This document shows positions 30,375 through 40,287 of a DNA stretch of 64,000 nt, piece by piece. The number at the start of each line of letters is the position of its first letter. Within the stretch, counting starts at the first letter, position 1. The notes beneath the pieces were generated by a model, which saw only the letters and a list, made by a program, of their open reading frames with translations, did no database searches and was not told where the DNA came from. The DNA is from an uncultured Clostridia bacterium (GTDB lineage Bacteria > Bacillota > Clostridia > TANB77 > CAG-508). The position numbers were made by a program, and so were the translations under genes. Location: the NCBI GenBank assembly GCA_934178475.1, contig CAKPQH010000001.1, forward strand, positions 190,902 to 254,901, in the 5' to 3' direction.

Positions 30375-30605
30375 TTTAAATTTTATTTATATAAAATAGT
30401 ATAAAATAAATAAAAAAACATTTAATTAGTTTAAAATAGAAAAAATAATAAAAACAAGCTAAAATGATTTTATTTGAATTTATTTAATTCTAAAAAAATT
30501 ATTTTGGCTTGTTACTATTATCAAATATATATTTATTTTTTACTGTAAAAATAAATTTAATTATATAAAAATATTTTTTAAAAAATAAATCAATAAAAAA
30601 TTATT

Positions 30606-30636
30606 AAATTAAAATAAAATAAATTAAAATTAAATT
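30606..30636 (+). repeat. short (A/T)TAAA-type pentamer array
   Basis: AAATT AAAAT AAAAT AAATT AAAAT TAAAT. Confidence 0.7.
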
Positions 30637-30712
30637 TTAAAATATAACTAAAATATTGAAAAAAAATATATATTTGTTATAATTAATTATATAAAATAAA
30701 ATAGGAGTAAAA

Positions 30713-31354
30713 ATGAAAAATTATTATGAATTGTTAGAAGTAGATAAAAACGCCTCACCAGAAATAATTGAAAAAGCATATAAAATATTAGTAAAAAAAT
30801 ATCATCCAGACTTACAACAAAACGTAACAGATAAGAAATTTGCTGAAGAACAAATAAAATTAATTAATGAAGCTTATGATACTTTGTCTGACAAAAATAA
30901 AAAAGAAAATTATGATGCTAATTTACAAAATAATTATATTTCGCAAGAACAATATAATATATTAATAAATGAAAATATTAAATTAAAAAAACAACTAAAT
31001 GTTTTAGAAGAAAAATTAAATATTAATTATACAAATTTAAATAATGAAACACATAATAATTATAATAGTTCATACACTACCTATAAAAACAACAGCACTA
31101 ACAATAATAATATATATAATGAAAATTATTATCCAAACGACAACACTCCAAATGCTAAAGATTATTTTCTTTATAATTTAAAACAATTATCTATACGATT
31201 ATTTAAACTAATTTTAGCTTTACTTTTAATAGGATTAGCAATTTTTATTTTATTCAAACTTCCATTTTTTAATAATTTAATTCAAGGTAAAAATTTTCTA
31301 TTTTTTATAGCACTTATTATTGGCTTTATTTATTTTTATAAAAACAGTGGTTAA
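30713..31354 (+). CDS. J-domain (DnaJ-like) protein with C-terminal membrane anchor
   Basis: [31 protein letters not shown] carries the HPD motif. N-rich linker and two C-terminal hydrophobic helices. Confidence 0.8.
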   Translation: MKNYYELLEVDKNASPEIIEKAYKILVKKYHPDLQQNVTDKKFAEEQIKLINEAYDTLSDKNKKENYDANLQNNYISQEQYNILINENIKLKKQLNVLEEKLNINYTNLNNETHNNYNSSYTTYKNNSTNNNNIYNENYYPNDNTPNAKDYFLYNLKQLSIRLFKLILALLLIGLAIFILFKLPFFNNLIQGKNFLFFIALIIGFIYFYKNSG

Positions 31355-31360
31355 TAAATT

Positions 31361-31430
31361 ATAAAATAAAATAAAATAAAATAAAATAAAATAAAATAAA
31401 TTAAATTAAAATAAAATAAATTAAATTAAA
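31361..31430 (+). repeat. pentanucleotide array (A/T)TAAA, 14 units
   Basis: (ATAAA)8 then TTAAA TTAAA ATAAA ATAAA TTAAA TTAAA. The start overlaps the ORF stop region. Confidence 0.9.
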
Positions 31431-31574
31431 AATTATTTTATTTAAACATAAAAAATAGCAAAAAAAAGATAAAAAAATTTTAAATTAATTAAAAATACCA
31501 AATAATATATAACTAGTTAAAAATAGTCTAAAATAATTTTATTTCGTTTTAAAAAAATATTTTTGCTAAAAAAT

Positions 31575-31614
31575 AAAAGTGAAAGTTAAATTTTTAATGT
31601 CAACTTTCACTTTT
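31575..31614. terminator. bidirectional hairpin terminator downstream of the ABC permease
   Basis: AAAAGTGAAAGTT ... AACTTTCACTTTT, a 13-bp stem with A and T runs on both sides. Confidence 0.7.
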
Positions 31615-31656
31615 ATTTTTTTATCTTATAAAACATATAAAAATTTATTAATATTT

Positions 31657-33351
31657 TTAATTTATATTTCTAAATAATTTATTAATATTTTTTTTAATAT
31701 AAACATTAAATACAAAAAATAAAATAAATAAAAATAATATTATAATTAAAAATATATTTTTTAATTCAAATTCAACTTCCATAAACAATTTTTTTAAATA
31801 AATAATAAATATAATATTTAATACTATTAAAACATACTGTAATAATTTATTTTTATTATTTTTTAAAATTTCATATTCTGAATCCCATTTTAGTTTCGGC
31901 ATTAAAAGATCTATAATTGATAAAATATAACTATTAATTAAATTAAATAATATTGTAATTATTGTAATCGGTATAAAATATATTCTAGGTATCTCAGATA
32001 TCATCCCAAAAATAAGTCCTACTAAACAAAATGAAATCATACTATTTAAAAATACTTGTGGAATATTTTTAAATATAAATTGTTTATATAAACTAACCGG
32101 CAAATATTTCATAGTATATGCATCTTTTCCTTCCCTAGAAAAAGCTGTTACTGAAGAATAATTTAATAAACCTATCACTTGTGTAATTCCAATAATTATA
32201 CAAGCAGCCTCTATATCAAAACTCATTCCTTCAAAAATATTTGAATATTCTTCTATTTGTAACAAACCATATATTTTAGGAATTAATGTTACTATCAATA
32301 TTACTAATGTTACCATCAACGTAATAACTGGATATACACATTGAATAAAAAATATTGGATTTTTAAATAATAAATTAAATTCCTTTTTTATAAATGTTTT
32401 ACTTATGTTATTTTTCTTCAATTTAGATTTCAAATTCAATGATATTTCTTTTTTATTTTTAGTATAAAAACTATATTTAAGTAATTGTTTTAAATATATT
32501 TTATTACCTAATAAAATAAATATTATAAAGCTTAAAATATCAATCAATATTATTTTTATTAAATCAAAAATACTAACAAACAAATTCTTATCTTCTATAA
32601 ATTTAATTATTGGATTAATTATTATAAAATAATTATTAATTCCTTTTATTTTTAAATTCATCTCATCTACAAATCCACTTATATTATCTTCGCTTACTTG
32701 ATTACTAAAAATATTATTAATTATAATATATGCTGCAAAAACAATTAACACAACTAACACTAAAGAAATTACAGTCTGAATCATATCTTTATTTCTAAAG
32801 TTCTTCAACAACTGCATAAAAAACATCATTATTATACTTATAACACTTGCAAATAAAACAGGAAAAATAGCCAAACTTAAAATTAATTTTATCAAAAACA
32901 ATAACCCTGCATTTATAAAAACACCATAAACAATTAAAGGTATTAATATAAATATTATTTCTGTACTATATAACATAAAAACAATTGTATTAAATTTTGA
33001 TATTAATATTTCAACAGGTTTTAATGGCAAATGTATAATATTTTCAATATCCTTTGAAAAATAAAAAATATTAGTACAAACCATTATAGTCTGAAAAATA
33101 ATTAATATACTAGAAAATAAAAAATACGCATTTATAAATATTTCGGGTTTATTAATTTTAACTAAAAATTTCATAACTTCATAACTCAAATAAGTAATTG
33201 CAAAAATTAAAATTACTAATATCCAAAACATTAAAGATTTTTTATTTATTTTTTTATTTCTATAGTCAAATAATTTTAAATAATAATTATTATCTTTTAT
33301 AAAAATATTTGTTAAATTTTTTATATTATTAAAATTGATATTTTTAATCAT
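31657..33351 (-). CDS. ABC exporter permease, large polytopic membrane protein
   Basis: 564 aa with at least 10 hydrophobic segments. The start overlaps the ATPase stop by 8 nt. Confidence 0.7.
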   Translation of the reverse strand: MIKNINFNNIKNLTNIFIKDNNYYLKLFDYRNKKINKKSLMFWILVILIFAITYLSYEVMKFLVKINKPEIFINAYFLFSSILIIFQTIMVCTNIFYFSKDIENIIHLPLKPVEILISKFNTIVFMLYSTEIIFILIPLIVYGVFINAGLLFLIKLILSLAIFPVLFASVISIIMMFFMQLLKNFRNKDMIQTVISLVLVVLIVFAAYIIINNIFSNQVSEDNISGFVDEMNLKIKGINNYFIIINPIIKFIEDKNLFVSIFDLIKIILIDILSFIIFILLGNKIYLKQLLKYSFYTKNKKEISLNLKSKLKKNNISKTFIKKEFNLLFKNPIFFIQCVYPVITLMVTLVILIVTLIPKIYGLLQIEEYSNIFEGMSFDIEAACIIIGITQVIGLLNYSSVTAFSREGKDAYTMKYLPVSLYKQFIFKNIPQVFLNSMISFCLVGLIFGMISEIPRIYFIPITIITILFNLINSYILSIIDLLMPKLKWDSEYEILKNNKNKLLQYVLIVLNIIFIIYLKKLFMEVEFELKNIFLIIILFLFILFFVFNVYIKKNINKLFRNIN

Positions 33352-34069
33352 TATTTGTTATCTCCATAAATATCTCTTCTAAAGAATTTTCATTCCTATA
33401 TTTTTCATGCATTTCTTGTAAAGTGCCTACAAATAGTATTTTACCATTATTTATAATCCCCACTCTATCGCATAATTTTTCAGCAATCTCTAATATATGT
33501 GTAGAAAAAAATACGCATTTACCTGATTTGGCATGCTCTCTCATCAAATTTTTTAAATCAAATGAAGATTTAGGATCTAACCCTGTAACAGGTTCATCTA
33601 AAATCCAATTATTTGGGTTGTGTAATAACACACCAATAATAACTATTTTTTGTCTCATACCATGAGAATAACTTTCAATCTTATTATTTAATTCTTCATA
33701 TATCTCAAATTCCTTAGCTAATTTCTCTATTCTATCTAATCTATCCTTTTCTGAGACATTATAACAATCAGCAATAAAATTTAAATATTCAATACCTCTA
33801 AGCTTTAAAAACATATCCGGAGAGTCTGGCACAAATCCAAAATTAGACTTTGCTTTTATTGGCTCCTTATTTATATCTATACCATCTATTAAAATCTGTC
33901 CTTGGTCAATCTCAAGTATTCCTGTAATCATTTTTATTGTAGTTGTCTTTCCTGCTCCATTTGGTCCTAAAAATCCAAATATCTCTCCATCTTTTATTTC
34001 TATATTTAAATTATCAATTACCTTATTTCCCTTTTTATATGATTTTGAAACATTTTTTATTTCTATCAT
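33344..34069 (-). CDS. ABC transporter ATP-binding protein
   Basis: Walker A GPNGAGKTT, signature YSHGMRQK, Walker B ILDEP. ATG at 34069 follows GAGGAGG. Confidence 0.9.
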   Translation of the reverse strand: MIEIKNVSKSYKKGNKVIDNLNIEIKDGEIFGFLGPNGAGKTTTIKMITGILEIDQGQILIDGIDINKEPIKAKSNFGFVPDSPDMFLKLRGIEYLNFIADCYNVSEKDRLDRIEKLAKEFEIYEELNNKIESYSHGMRQKIVIIGVLLHNPNNWILDEPVTGLDPKSSFDLKNLMREHAKSGKCVFFSTHILEIAEKLCDRVGIINNGKILFVGTLQEMHEKYRNENSLEEIFMEITNND

Positions 34070-34090
34070 TTTTTCCTCCTCGCAAATAAA

Positions 34091-34119
34091 ATTATATAAT
34101 AAAAAAGGTTGCAATGCAA
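34091..34119 (-). promoter_or_regulatory. candidate sigma-A promoter of the ABC operon, embedded in the upstream terminator
   Basis: Minus strand TTGCAT, 17 nt spacer, TATAAT. Confidence 0.4.
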
Positions 34120-34125
34120 CCTTTT
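34103..34125 (-). terminator. intrinsic terminator ending the T4SS-like operon
   Basis: Minus strand AAAAGGTTGCATTGCAACCTTTT followed by TT; overlaps the stop codon of the 309-aa gene. Confidence 0.7.
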
Positions 34126-35053
34126 ATAATTCTTCAATTCTTACACTGAAATCAAATATATTTTCCTTTCTTGTAAATATAAAATTGTTATTACTATTTT
34201 TTTCCACACAATTATATTCTATCGTATTATTTTTGTACTCAACTGTACATTTAGTACATACCATTTTGTTTATCTCATCTTTATTATTATCAATATACGT
34301 CTCAAAAGCTTCATAACTATTATAATTTTCTTTTTTATATTCTTCTTCTAACCTCTCATAAGCCACTTTCGAATCTTCTTTTAATTCAGTAATAAACATA
34401 TTAAAATATTCTATACCCATTTTTTCTTCACTTTCTGTAGAATATTTAAAGGTATTATAAAGATTATTTTTAATTTTGTCTTCTCTATATACATCTAAAC
34501 TATTACCTTTTGATATATTTATTTTTTTTGCTTCAATATATTCTTTTGGAATTATATTAAATGTTCTATTATTCTTATCCATCATAACAATCAAAATAAA
34601 ATCATCATTCTCACTAGCTCGTCCCTTAACAATAAACGCTTCAATGTCTGTTTGCTCTTCAAAAGCAATTTTGTTTACTGTTTGTAAGGATTGATATATT
34701 ACATTTATCATCTTAATCTGATACAATAAATTAATTTTTTGTTTGACATTATCTTCACTTAATCCTAATTCATCTTTTACATCGTCTGAAAATACTGATA
34801 AAATTCTTTTACTTGATTCATCTCTCGCATAATCAACATATTTATTTAAACATTCTTTAACTTCAAAATAATCCATTTTTTTATTTATTTCTTCTACTTT
34901 ATTTGCATCTTGAAAAGCTTCCTCTAAATTTTTATATTGTTTCATATTTACATTCTTTTCCTCTCTATTCAACAGTACCAATATAGCAACAATTACTCCT
35001 ATAATTATCAAAACAGTTATAAATATCGTTATTAACAAATATTTTTTTCTCAA
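34124..35053 (-). CDS. membrane-anchored protein, short paralog of the 436-aa cluster protein
   Basis: 309 aa with an N-terminal TM helix. Blocks DYFEVKECLNKYV... and EYFNMF...EEYKKENYNSYEAFETYI align by eye with EYYTVIKGIDKFS... and EYFYNF...SEYREKRFVDKNDYIEYL of 38957-40267. Confidence 0.6.
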   Translation of the reverse strand: MRKKYLLITIFITVLIIIGVIVAILVLLNREEKNVNMKQYKNLEEAFQDANKVEEINKKMDYFEVKECLNKYVDYARDESSKRILSVFSDDVKDELGLSEDNVKQKINLLYQIKMINVIYQSLQTVNKIAFEEQTDIEAFIVKGRASENDDFILIVMMDKNNRTFNIIPKEYIEAKKINISKGNSLDVYREDKIKNNLYNTFKYSTESEEKMGIEYFNMFITELKEDSKVAYERLEEEYKKENYNSYEAFETYIDNNKDEINKMVCTKCTVEYKNNTIEYNCVEKNSNNNFIFTRKENIFDFSVRIEEL

Positions 35054-35070
35054 ATACCATCATCTCCATT

Positions 35071-38000
35071 TTACTTACTTAAAACAAATACCCCTTGTAC
35101 CCCTGGTGAAAAAACTTGATTATATGAATATGGTCTGTCAGTTTCATAGTAACGACCTGACTCCAATACATAATATCCACTTTGATCTCTTCCATTACAC
35201 ATTATAAAATGTCCTCCACCAGTATATATTCCATTTGCATCTATACTAAAAATGCAAACCTTACCTGTATCTAAAGCCGCATCAATTGCTGTTTTGTTAG
35301 TTCTGTTAATAAATTCATATTTCAATCCATATTCACTTGCAACAGCTTTCGCACATGCCTCTCCATTATAAACAGTATTTATATTTTTTGAATTTAAAAA
35401 CTTTACAATTATATCAGGTGTTGTATCTGTCACCGTTAAACCTGAAACAGCCATAGCTAAAGCACATGCTCCGCATCCCCCTTTAGCAATTGTTTTTCCT
35501 GCTCCATAGTTATAAGGATTTGATCCCCATCTCGAATCTGATTGATAATACCTTGGGCAACTAACACCTTTTGTAGACCATCCCTCTTTTGCGCTTGTTC
35601 CTCCAATAGAATTTCCAGGAGTTTCAATCTCCAATCCCATAGCATTATATATCTTTGTCATTTCAGCAACAACAGATTCTCCCCAAGCAGCATTACAATA
35701 TGTTGGTGCAATTTGTTTAACCGAATATCTACCCATCTTAAAATAATAACTACCATTTGCTATTTGATCTCCAAAATCTAAAGTTGCTTCATCAAAGCTT
35801 GGATATACTCTCCAATGCCTTGGATTTGAACCTTTAGATGCAACTGATTGTCCCTTATAACTTCCTGTCATACTCATCCAGTTATGAGTAGATGGATCTA
35901 TTGCAGACCAATTTGTTCCTCCTCCTGATTCAATAATTGTAACTGCCATTGCAAAAATTGCATTAACTTTATACTCTTCTTGTAATTTCATAAATGTGCC
36001 ATTGTGTAAAACAGATAATAAATTTGCCTGTGTTTGTCCACTATATACTTGCATAATTGCATCTTCAAGCATTTCTTCATCTGTTATAACTAATTCTTCT
36101 TTTGACATATCTGTATTAACAATTATATCTCCAGCAGAGATATCAGCCATTGCTTGATATACTTTTTTCCATAAAGCCCCAAAATCATATTCTGTCTTTC
36201 CAAAACTAACTCCAGTTGCTTTATACAATAAATATTTAGTTAAATCTAACATTTCTTTTGTACTATCGTTAGTAGAAATAAGTTCGAACAACCAATCTGT
36301 CACATTTAGAATATTTCCTTTAGCTTTTATATTTTTATAATCTAAAAATATTGTAACAAAATTAGGTTCCGTAGACATTGGATCAGTTTTTTCCTCAACA
36401 ACCATAGGTGTTGATACATATTTATTTTCCTTAACCGTTGTTGTTATAACTTGTTTTCTATTTACAGTAGCTTCATAAACATTTTCTGATGATTGATATG
36501 TTTGACTTTTTATAGTATAAGTACTATAACTTGATCTTAGTTCATTTAATAAATCAGCCCCATGTCCATATGTATCATTATTATTTGGTGAACCTTCAAT
36601 TTCAGAAAAATCCATATCATCCAAAGCGTTTTCTGTTTTTTCTTCACTAACATTAGGTACAGTATACGTATATTCTTGAGTATATTTTGCCATCCAAACA
36701 TTTGCTAATGTAACACCAACTGTTAAAGTATTATTCTTGGTTATTGTAGTATATGTTGTTTGATAATTATTTTCTTTTATATCTTCCCAGGTTCCTTCTT
36801 TACTAACATTTCTACTTGAACCTGACTCATCATTATAATATAAAGTTGCATGTGCACTAGTATTAGTCTTTTCCTTCTTAGTATATGTATAAACATTAAC
36901 TTTAGTTGTTTCAGTTAAATTATCAAAAACTGTAATTTCAAGCTCACTGTTATATACTAAATCCGCCAAATCCATTGCAAAACCTTTTTGCTCTCCTATT
37001 ATTAAAAAGTCCCATAGATAACTGAAAGGCATTGTAAATGGGTCTAACATAGCTTGATAATTTATATCCGTTGTTGTCATAGAATATGTTGTATTACTGT
37101 AATTTTCTCCAGCAGGGTCATTTGATTCTGCTTTATTAGTAACTTCTTTCCATGTAGCAACTTTCGCATAATATGCTGCACCACCATTAGAATCATTACT
37201 AGAACTATTATTACTTATAGATCCTAACTCCGGAGTTCTATTAACTCCATCAGGCCATCCCCAACCTAGATATCCTCTTACATGTTTTCCATTTGTAGTT
37301 ATTCCTGACGCTCTTTCCTGCCATGCAATCCATTCATCTAATGTTTGAGTTTGGACTTTATTATTTACATTATCCATTACTAATCCATTACCAATATATA
37401 TACCAACATGTCCATAATTTCCTCTTCCTGATCCAGAACCATAAACAGCAGCTCCAATTGGAATATTATCTCTACTATCTGAAACAGCACTATTTTCATA
37501 AGAAACTCTTGCACACGAACCTTCACATGCACCTAATCCGGCATTTTGATAAACCATATTTACCCATCTTAAACAAAGTCCAGTTCCAACAGAAGCCGTA
37601 GTTTTTGCTGAATTAACTATAGTCTCTGATACATCAACAACCATTTCTTTGCCTTCAGTATTTGTTGTTTCTCCTTCATCTTTTTTATTATCATTTGAAG
37701 AACCTTCAGAAGATGAACTATTATCTCCATTAACTAATTGTCCAGATTCATAATCATAATATGCATCTCCTATTTTTGATCTATTTTCTTCACTTGTATA
37801 TCCAAAAGGATCACTATTAGTATCTGGGAAACTATAAAAAGTATATTTTCCCCCACCAACAGCTCCAGACTGTTGAATTATTGTCTTATTTTGAACATAT
37901 GCACTTCTGTTCATAACATCTATCCCTGATCCATCATTAGTTGCTGAAACAATCCATTGTCTTCCTAAAGTAACATGCTCATCAACATACCCTGGAAGAG

Positions 38001-38313
38001 TTCTTTTTCCTTTTACTAATACTGCTTTTACAACTTCTACATAATCAGCACCAGCATTCATTCTTCCCATTACACTTGACGCATCTGCCCACCAACCAGC
38101 ATTTTGAATATAGCTATATAATTCACTTCCTGTTGTTCCAGAACTGTATAAATCAAATCTATTTGCTATTAAAGATGCTTCAGCAGCAGCTCCTTTAAGA
38201 GTTCCTTGCTCCTGCATACATAAACTTGCAATCCCTTTTATTTGTTCATCTGTTAAATCTTCATATGTTTTAAATGAACCTGAACCAGTTATAATACCGA
38301 CAATGCTGTACAC
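35071..38313 (-). CDS. multi-domain peptidoglycan hydrolase (CHAP/NlpC-P60-like, GH73 glucosaminidase-like, C39-like cysteine peptidase, possible SleB-like N-domain); probably the 3' part of a gene split at 38320-38324
   Basis: 1080 aa with a GTG start and no convincing RBS. Motifs: GLCLRWV...GHVGIYIGNG (Cys/His amidase); AVTIIESGGGTNW...YPSFDEA (glucosaminidase-like); GGCGACALAMA...GGGHFIM (C39-like). No signal peptide of its own. Confidence 0.7.
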   Translation of the reverse strand: MYSIVGIITGSGSFKTYEDLTDEQIKGIASLCMQEQGTLKGAAAEASLIANRFDLYSSGTTGSELYSYIQNAGWWADASSVMGRMNAGADYVEVVKAVLVKGKRTLPGYVDEHVTLGRQWIVSATNDGSGIDVMNRSAYVQNKTIIQQSGAVGGGKYTFYSFPDTNSDPFGYTSEENRSKIGDAYYDYESGQLVNGDNSSSSEGSSNDNKKDEGETTNTEGKEMVVDVSETIVNSAKTTASVGTGLCLRWVNMVYQNAGLGACEGSCARVSYENSAVSDSRDNIPIGAAVYGSGSGRGNYGHVGIYIGNGLVMDNVNNKVQTQTLDEWIAWQERASGITTNGKHVRGYLGWGWPDGVNRTPELGSISNNSSSNDSNGGAAYYAKVATWKEVTNKAESNDPAGENYSNTTYSMTTTDINYQAMLDPFTMPFSYLWDFLIIGEQKGFAMDLADLVYNSELEITVFDNLTETTKVNVYTYTKKEKTNTSAHATLYYNDESGSSRNVSKEGTWEDIKENNYQTTYTTITKNNTLTVGVTLANVWMAKYTQEYTYTVPNVSEEKTENALDDMDFSEIEGSPNNNDTYGHGADLLNELRSSYSTYTIKSQTYQSSENVYEATVNRKQVITTTVKENKYVSTPMVVEEKTDPMSTEPNFVTIFLDYKNIKAKGNILNVTDWLFELISTNDSTKEMLDLTKYLLYKATGVSFGKTEYDFGALWKKVYQAMADISAGDIIVNTDMSKEELVITDEEMLEDAIMQVYSGQTQANLLSVLHNGTFMKLQEEYKVNAIFAMAVTIIESGGGTNWSAIDPSTHNWMSMTGSYKGQSVASKGSNPRHWRVYPSFDEATLDFGDQIANGSYYFKMGRYSVKQIAPTYCNAAWGESVVAEMTKIYNAMGLEIETPGNSIGGTSAKEGWSTKGVSCPRYYQSDSRWGSNPYNYGAGKTIAKGGCGACALAMAVSGLTVTDTTPDIIVKFLNSKNINTVYNGEACAKAVASEYGLKYEFINRTNKTAIDAALDTGKVCIFSIDANGIYTGGGHFIMCNGRDQSGYYVLESGRYYETDRPYSYNQVFSPGVQGVFVLSK

Positions 38314-38929
38314 CTTTGGTTTTTACTAGTGTAAAATGCTTTAAAGCATTTTGTTTTGCTTCATCAGATCCAGAAGCATTATATTCATCTATATATGATT
38401 GAAAAGTAGCCTCATCCACATAACTCATAGTATATTTATTATTATCTGAATCAGATCTTTTTAATTTTGCAATTCCTTGAATTTTCTTTGAGTTAACATC
38501 TGTTAGTTCGTCCGAATCCCAGTTAATAGGCTCATCCGGATTTTCCCTTGTATCTAAAAACTTTGTTACAACTTCTGCATTCATTAGTTTTTTTAATTCT
38601 TCTGGATTACTTAAATAATCTCTAATATCACTTTTATTTTCTATCATTTTGTCCCATAGTTCTTGTGCAGTCATAGATGTTGCAATTTCACCATTAGCTC
38701 CTATATCTACAAATCCAGTATATTGACTTGCAGCATATGGTGCATTCGACCAATCTTCTTTCTTATATGTTGCCGCTTCAATATTAAGAAAATAGATAAA
38801 TCCTCCCAATAAAGATACAATCGTCATTATTATCAAAACAATCACAAGGAATTTTTTCGTTATTTTTTTTGCAAATTTTTTTAATACTTTTTTCAGTTCA
38901 TTTTTTATTTTACCTGTAATTTCTTCCAT
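38270..38929 (-). CDS. TM-anchored N-terminal segment, likely the 5' part of the hydrolase gene (frameshifted relative to 35071-38313)
   Basis: 219 aa with a GAGGAGGG RBS and TM helix FLVIVLIIMTIVSLLGGFIYFL. Its last 44 nt overlap the next ORF in the +1 frame across an A5 run. Confidence 0.6.
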   Translation of the reverse strand: MEEITGKIKNELKKVLKKFAKKITKKFLVIVLIIMTIVSLLGGFIYFLNIEAATYKKEDWSNAPYAASQYTGFVDIGANGEIATSMTAQELWDKMIENKSDIRDYLSNPEELKKLMNAEVVTKFLDTRENPDEPINWDSDELTDVNSKKIQGIAKLKRSDSDNNKYTMSYVDEATFQSYIDEYNASGSDEAKQNALKHFTLVKTKGVQHCRYYNWFRFI

Positions 38930-38956
38930 ATTATTCCCTCCTCTTATTTTGATATA

Positions 38957-40267
38957 TTATTCTACCTCAAAAGACAAACAAAATTTATTATCATCTTTTA
39001 ACTCTACAATAAAGCTTTTTTGTCCTTTATCAGAAGCTAAATTAATTCCTGAAGCTACAGCTGTTTTGCACACATAATAAGAACTAACTTTTTCAAACTT
39101 TTCTATATTTTCTATAATAGTATAATCAAAAAATTTTTCTTTAACATACTTCTCAAATTTATCAAAACTTTCAAAATTATTATTCTTAAACGAATCATCT
39201 AAACACCCATAAGCTGCTTTATAATCTTTATTGTTTATCATTTTTAAAAATATTTCTATATCTGTATATACCTTTTCTTCCTCACTACTATTATTATACA
39301 CTTCCTTAAACTTATCTGTTTTTATTGTATAATCATCTAATAATATTGTATAATCCATTACATTTTTTACTTTTATTGTATAATATGTATTTCTATTATT
39401 TAAACAAATATATTCCATATAATTAATTTGAGGTTCTACTTGATATTTTTGTATAGTCATATTTCTTATATTATCATAATTTGACTTTAAATACTCAATA
39501 TAATCATTTTTATCTACAAATCTCTTTTCTCTATATTCGCTATCAATCATATTATAAAAATTATTATAATCGTAAATAATCCTATATTGAAAATTATAAA
39601 AATATTCTTTTGACATAAATTCATCTGAAGCTTGTCCATATTCTACAGAATTATTAACATTAATATCTATCTCATCAGTATAGTTAGTTATACTTTTTTT
39701 TATTTCTTCAATATCTCTTTTTTCATCATAAAGAGGAACTATTGAATATGATAATAATTCTTGATTAACTCTTACAATATACCATATATCAATGTTTATC
39801 TCTTTATCATAGCCAACTGCTAACTTTCCATATGTATAAAATTTAGTAGTATTATCTGACTCTTTTTCTTTATATAATCCATACATATAAAACTTCTGAT
39901 ATTTTCCCATATATTTAATATATTCAGAAATATTTTCTTCTTTTATCTCATTTTCATTTATATAACCTCTATCCAATAAATCTATTATTTCTTGTTCTTT
40001 TTCTTTACGAATACATTTTGAAAATTTATCAATTCCTTTAATTACTGTGTAATACTCATTATTATCAGACACTTTCTTTATTCCTTCTTGCTCTTCAGAA
40101 TTTTCATTATTATCTTCTGATTGTATTATGTTTTCCTCTTGATTATCATTATTTACATAGGTTTTACCAGTAATTTTATTGAAACAGAAACAAATAATAG
40201 CAATTATAATTATTAAAATTAATACAAAAGTAATCAATATTTTTAAATTTTTAGTAACCTTCTCCAT
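38957..40267 (-). CDS. membrane-anchored modular protein (candidate VirB8-like/NTF2-like scaffold)
   Basis: 436 aa with an N-terminal TM helix. Its N-module is paralogous to 34124-35053. Its C-module (IFLKMINNKDYKAAYGCLDDSFK) is paralogous to the N-module of 40288-41265. Confidence 0.6.
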   Translation of the reverse strand: MEKVTKNLKILITFVLILIIIIAIICFCFNKITGKTYVNNDNQEENIIQSEDNNENSEEQEGIKKVSDNNEYYTVIKGIDKFSKCIRKEKEQEIIDLLDRGYINENEIKEENISEYIKYMGKYQKFYMYGLYKEKESDNTTKFYTYGKLAVGYDKEINIDIWYIVRVNQELLSYSIVPLYDEKRDIEEIKKSITNYTDEIDINVNNSVEYGQASDEFMSKEYFYNFQYRIIYDYNNFYNMIDSEYREKRFVDKNDYIEYLKSNYDNIRNMTIQKYQVEPQINYMEYICLNNRNTYYTIKVKNVMDYTILLDDYTIKTDKFKEVYNNSSEEEKVYTDIEIFLKMINNKDYKAAYGCLDDSFKNNNFESFDKFEKYVKEKFFDYTIIENIEKFEKVSSYYVCKTAVASGINLASDKGQKSFIVELKDDNKFCLSFEVE

Positions 40268-40287
40268 TATTTCCTCCTAAACTCTTT

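Noticed and set aside
30445-30515. Long-loop hairpin (AACAAGCTAAAAT ... ATTTTGGCTTGTT) as a candidate sRNA or terminator after the activase gene
   Set aside because: The stem contains a wobble and encloses a ~40-nt AT-only loop. Without expression or conservation data it cannot be distinguished from chance complementarity in low-complexity DNA.
34050-34130. Expected att-type direct repeat of the tRNA-Ser(GCT) 3' end at the far side of the T4SS-like cluster
   Set aside because: I could not find any copy of TGGCGGAGAAAGAGGGGTTCGAACC, or a sizeable fragment of it, at 34.0-34.2 kb, 31.3-31.7 kb or 30.4-30.7 kb. Recent tRNA-targeted ICE integration is therefore not supported. This was visual inspection only and should be confirmed by alignment.
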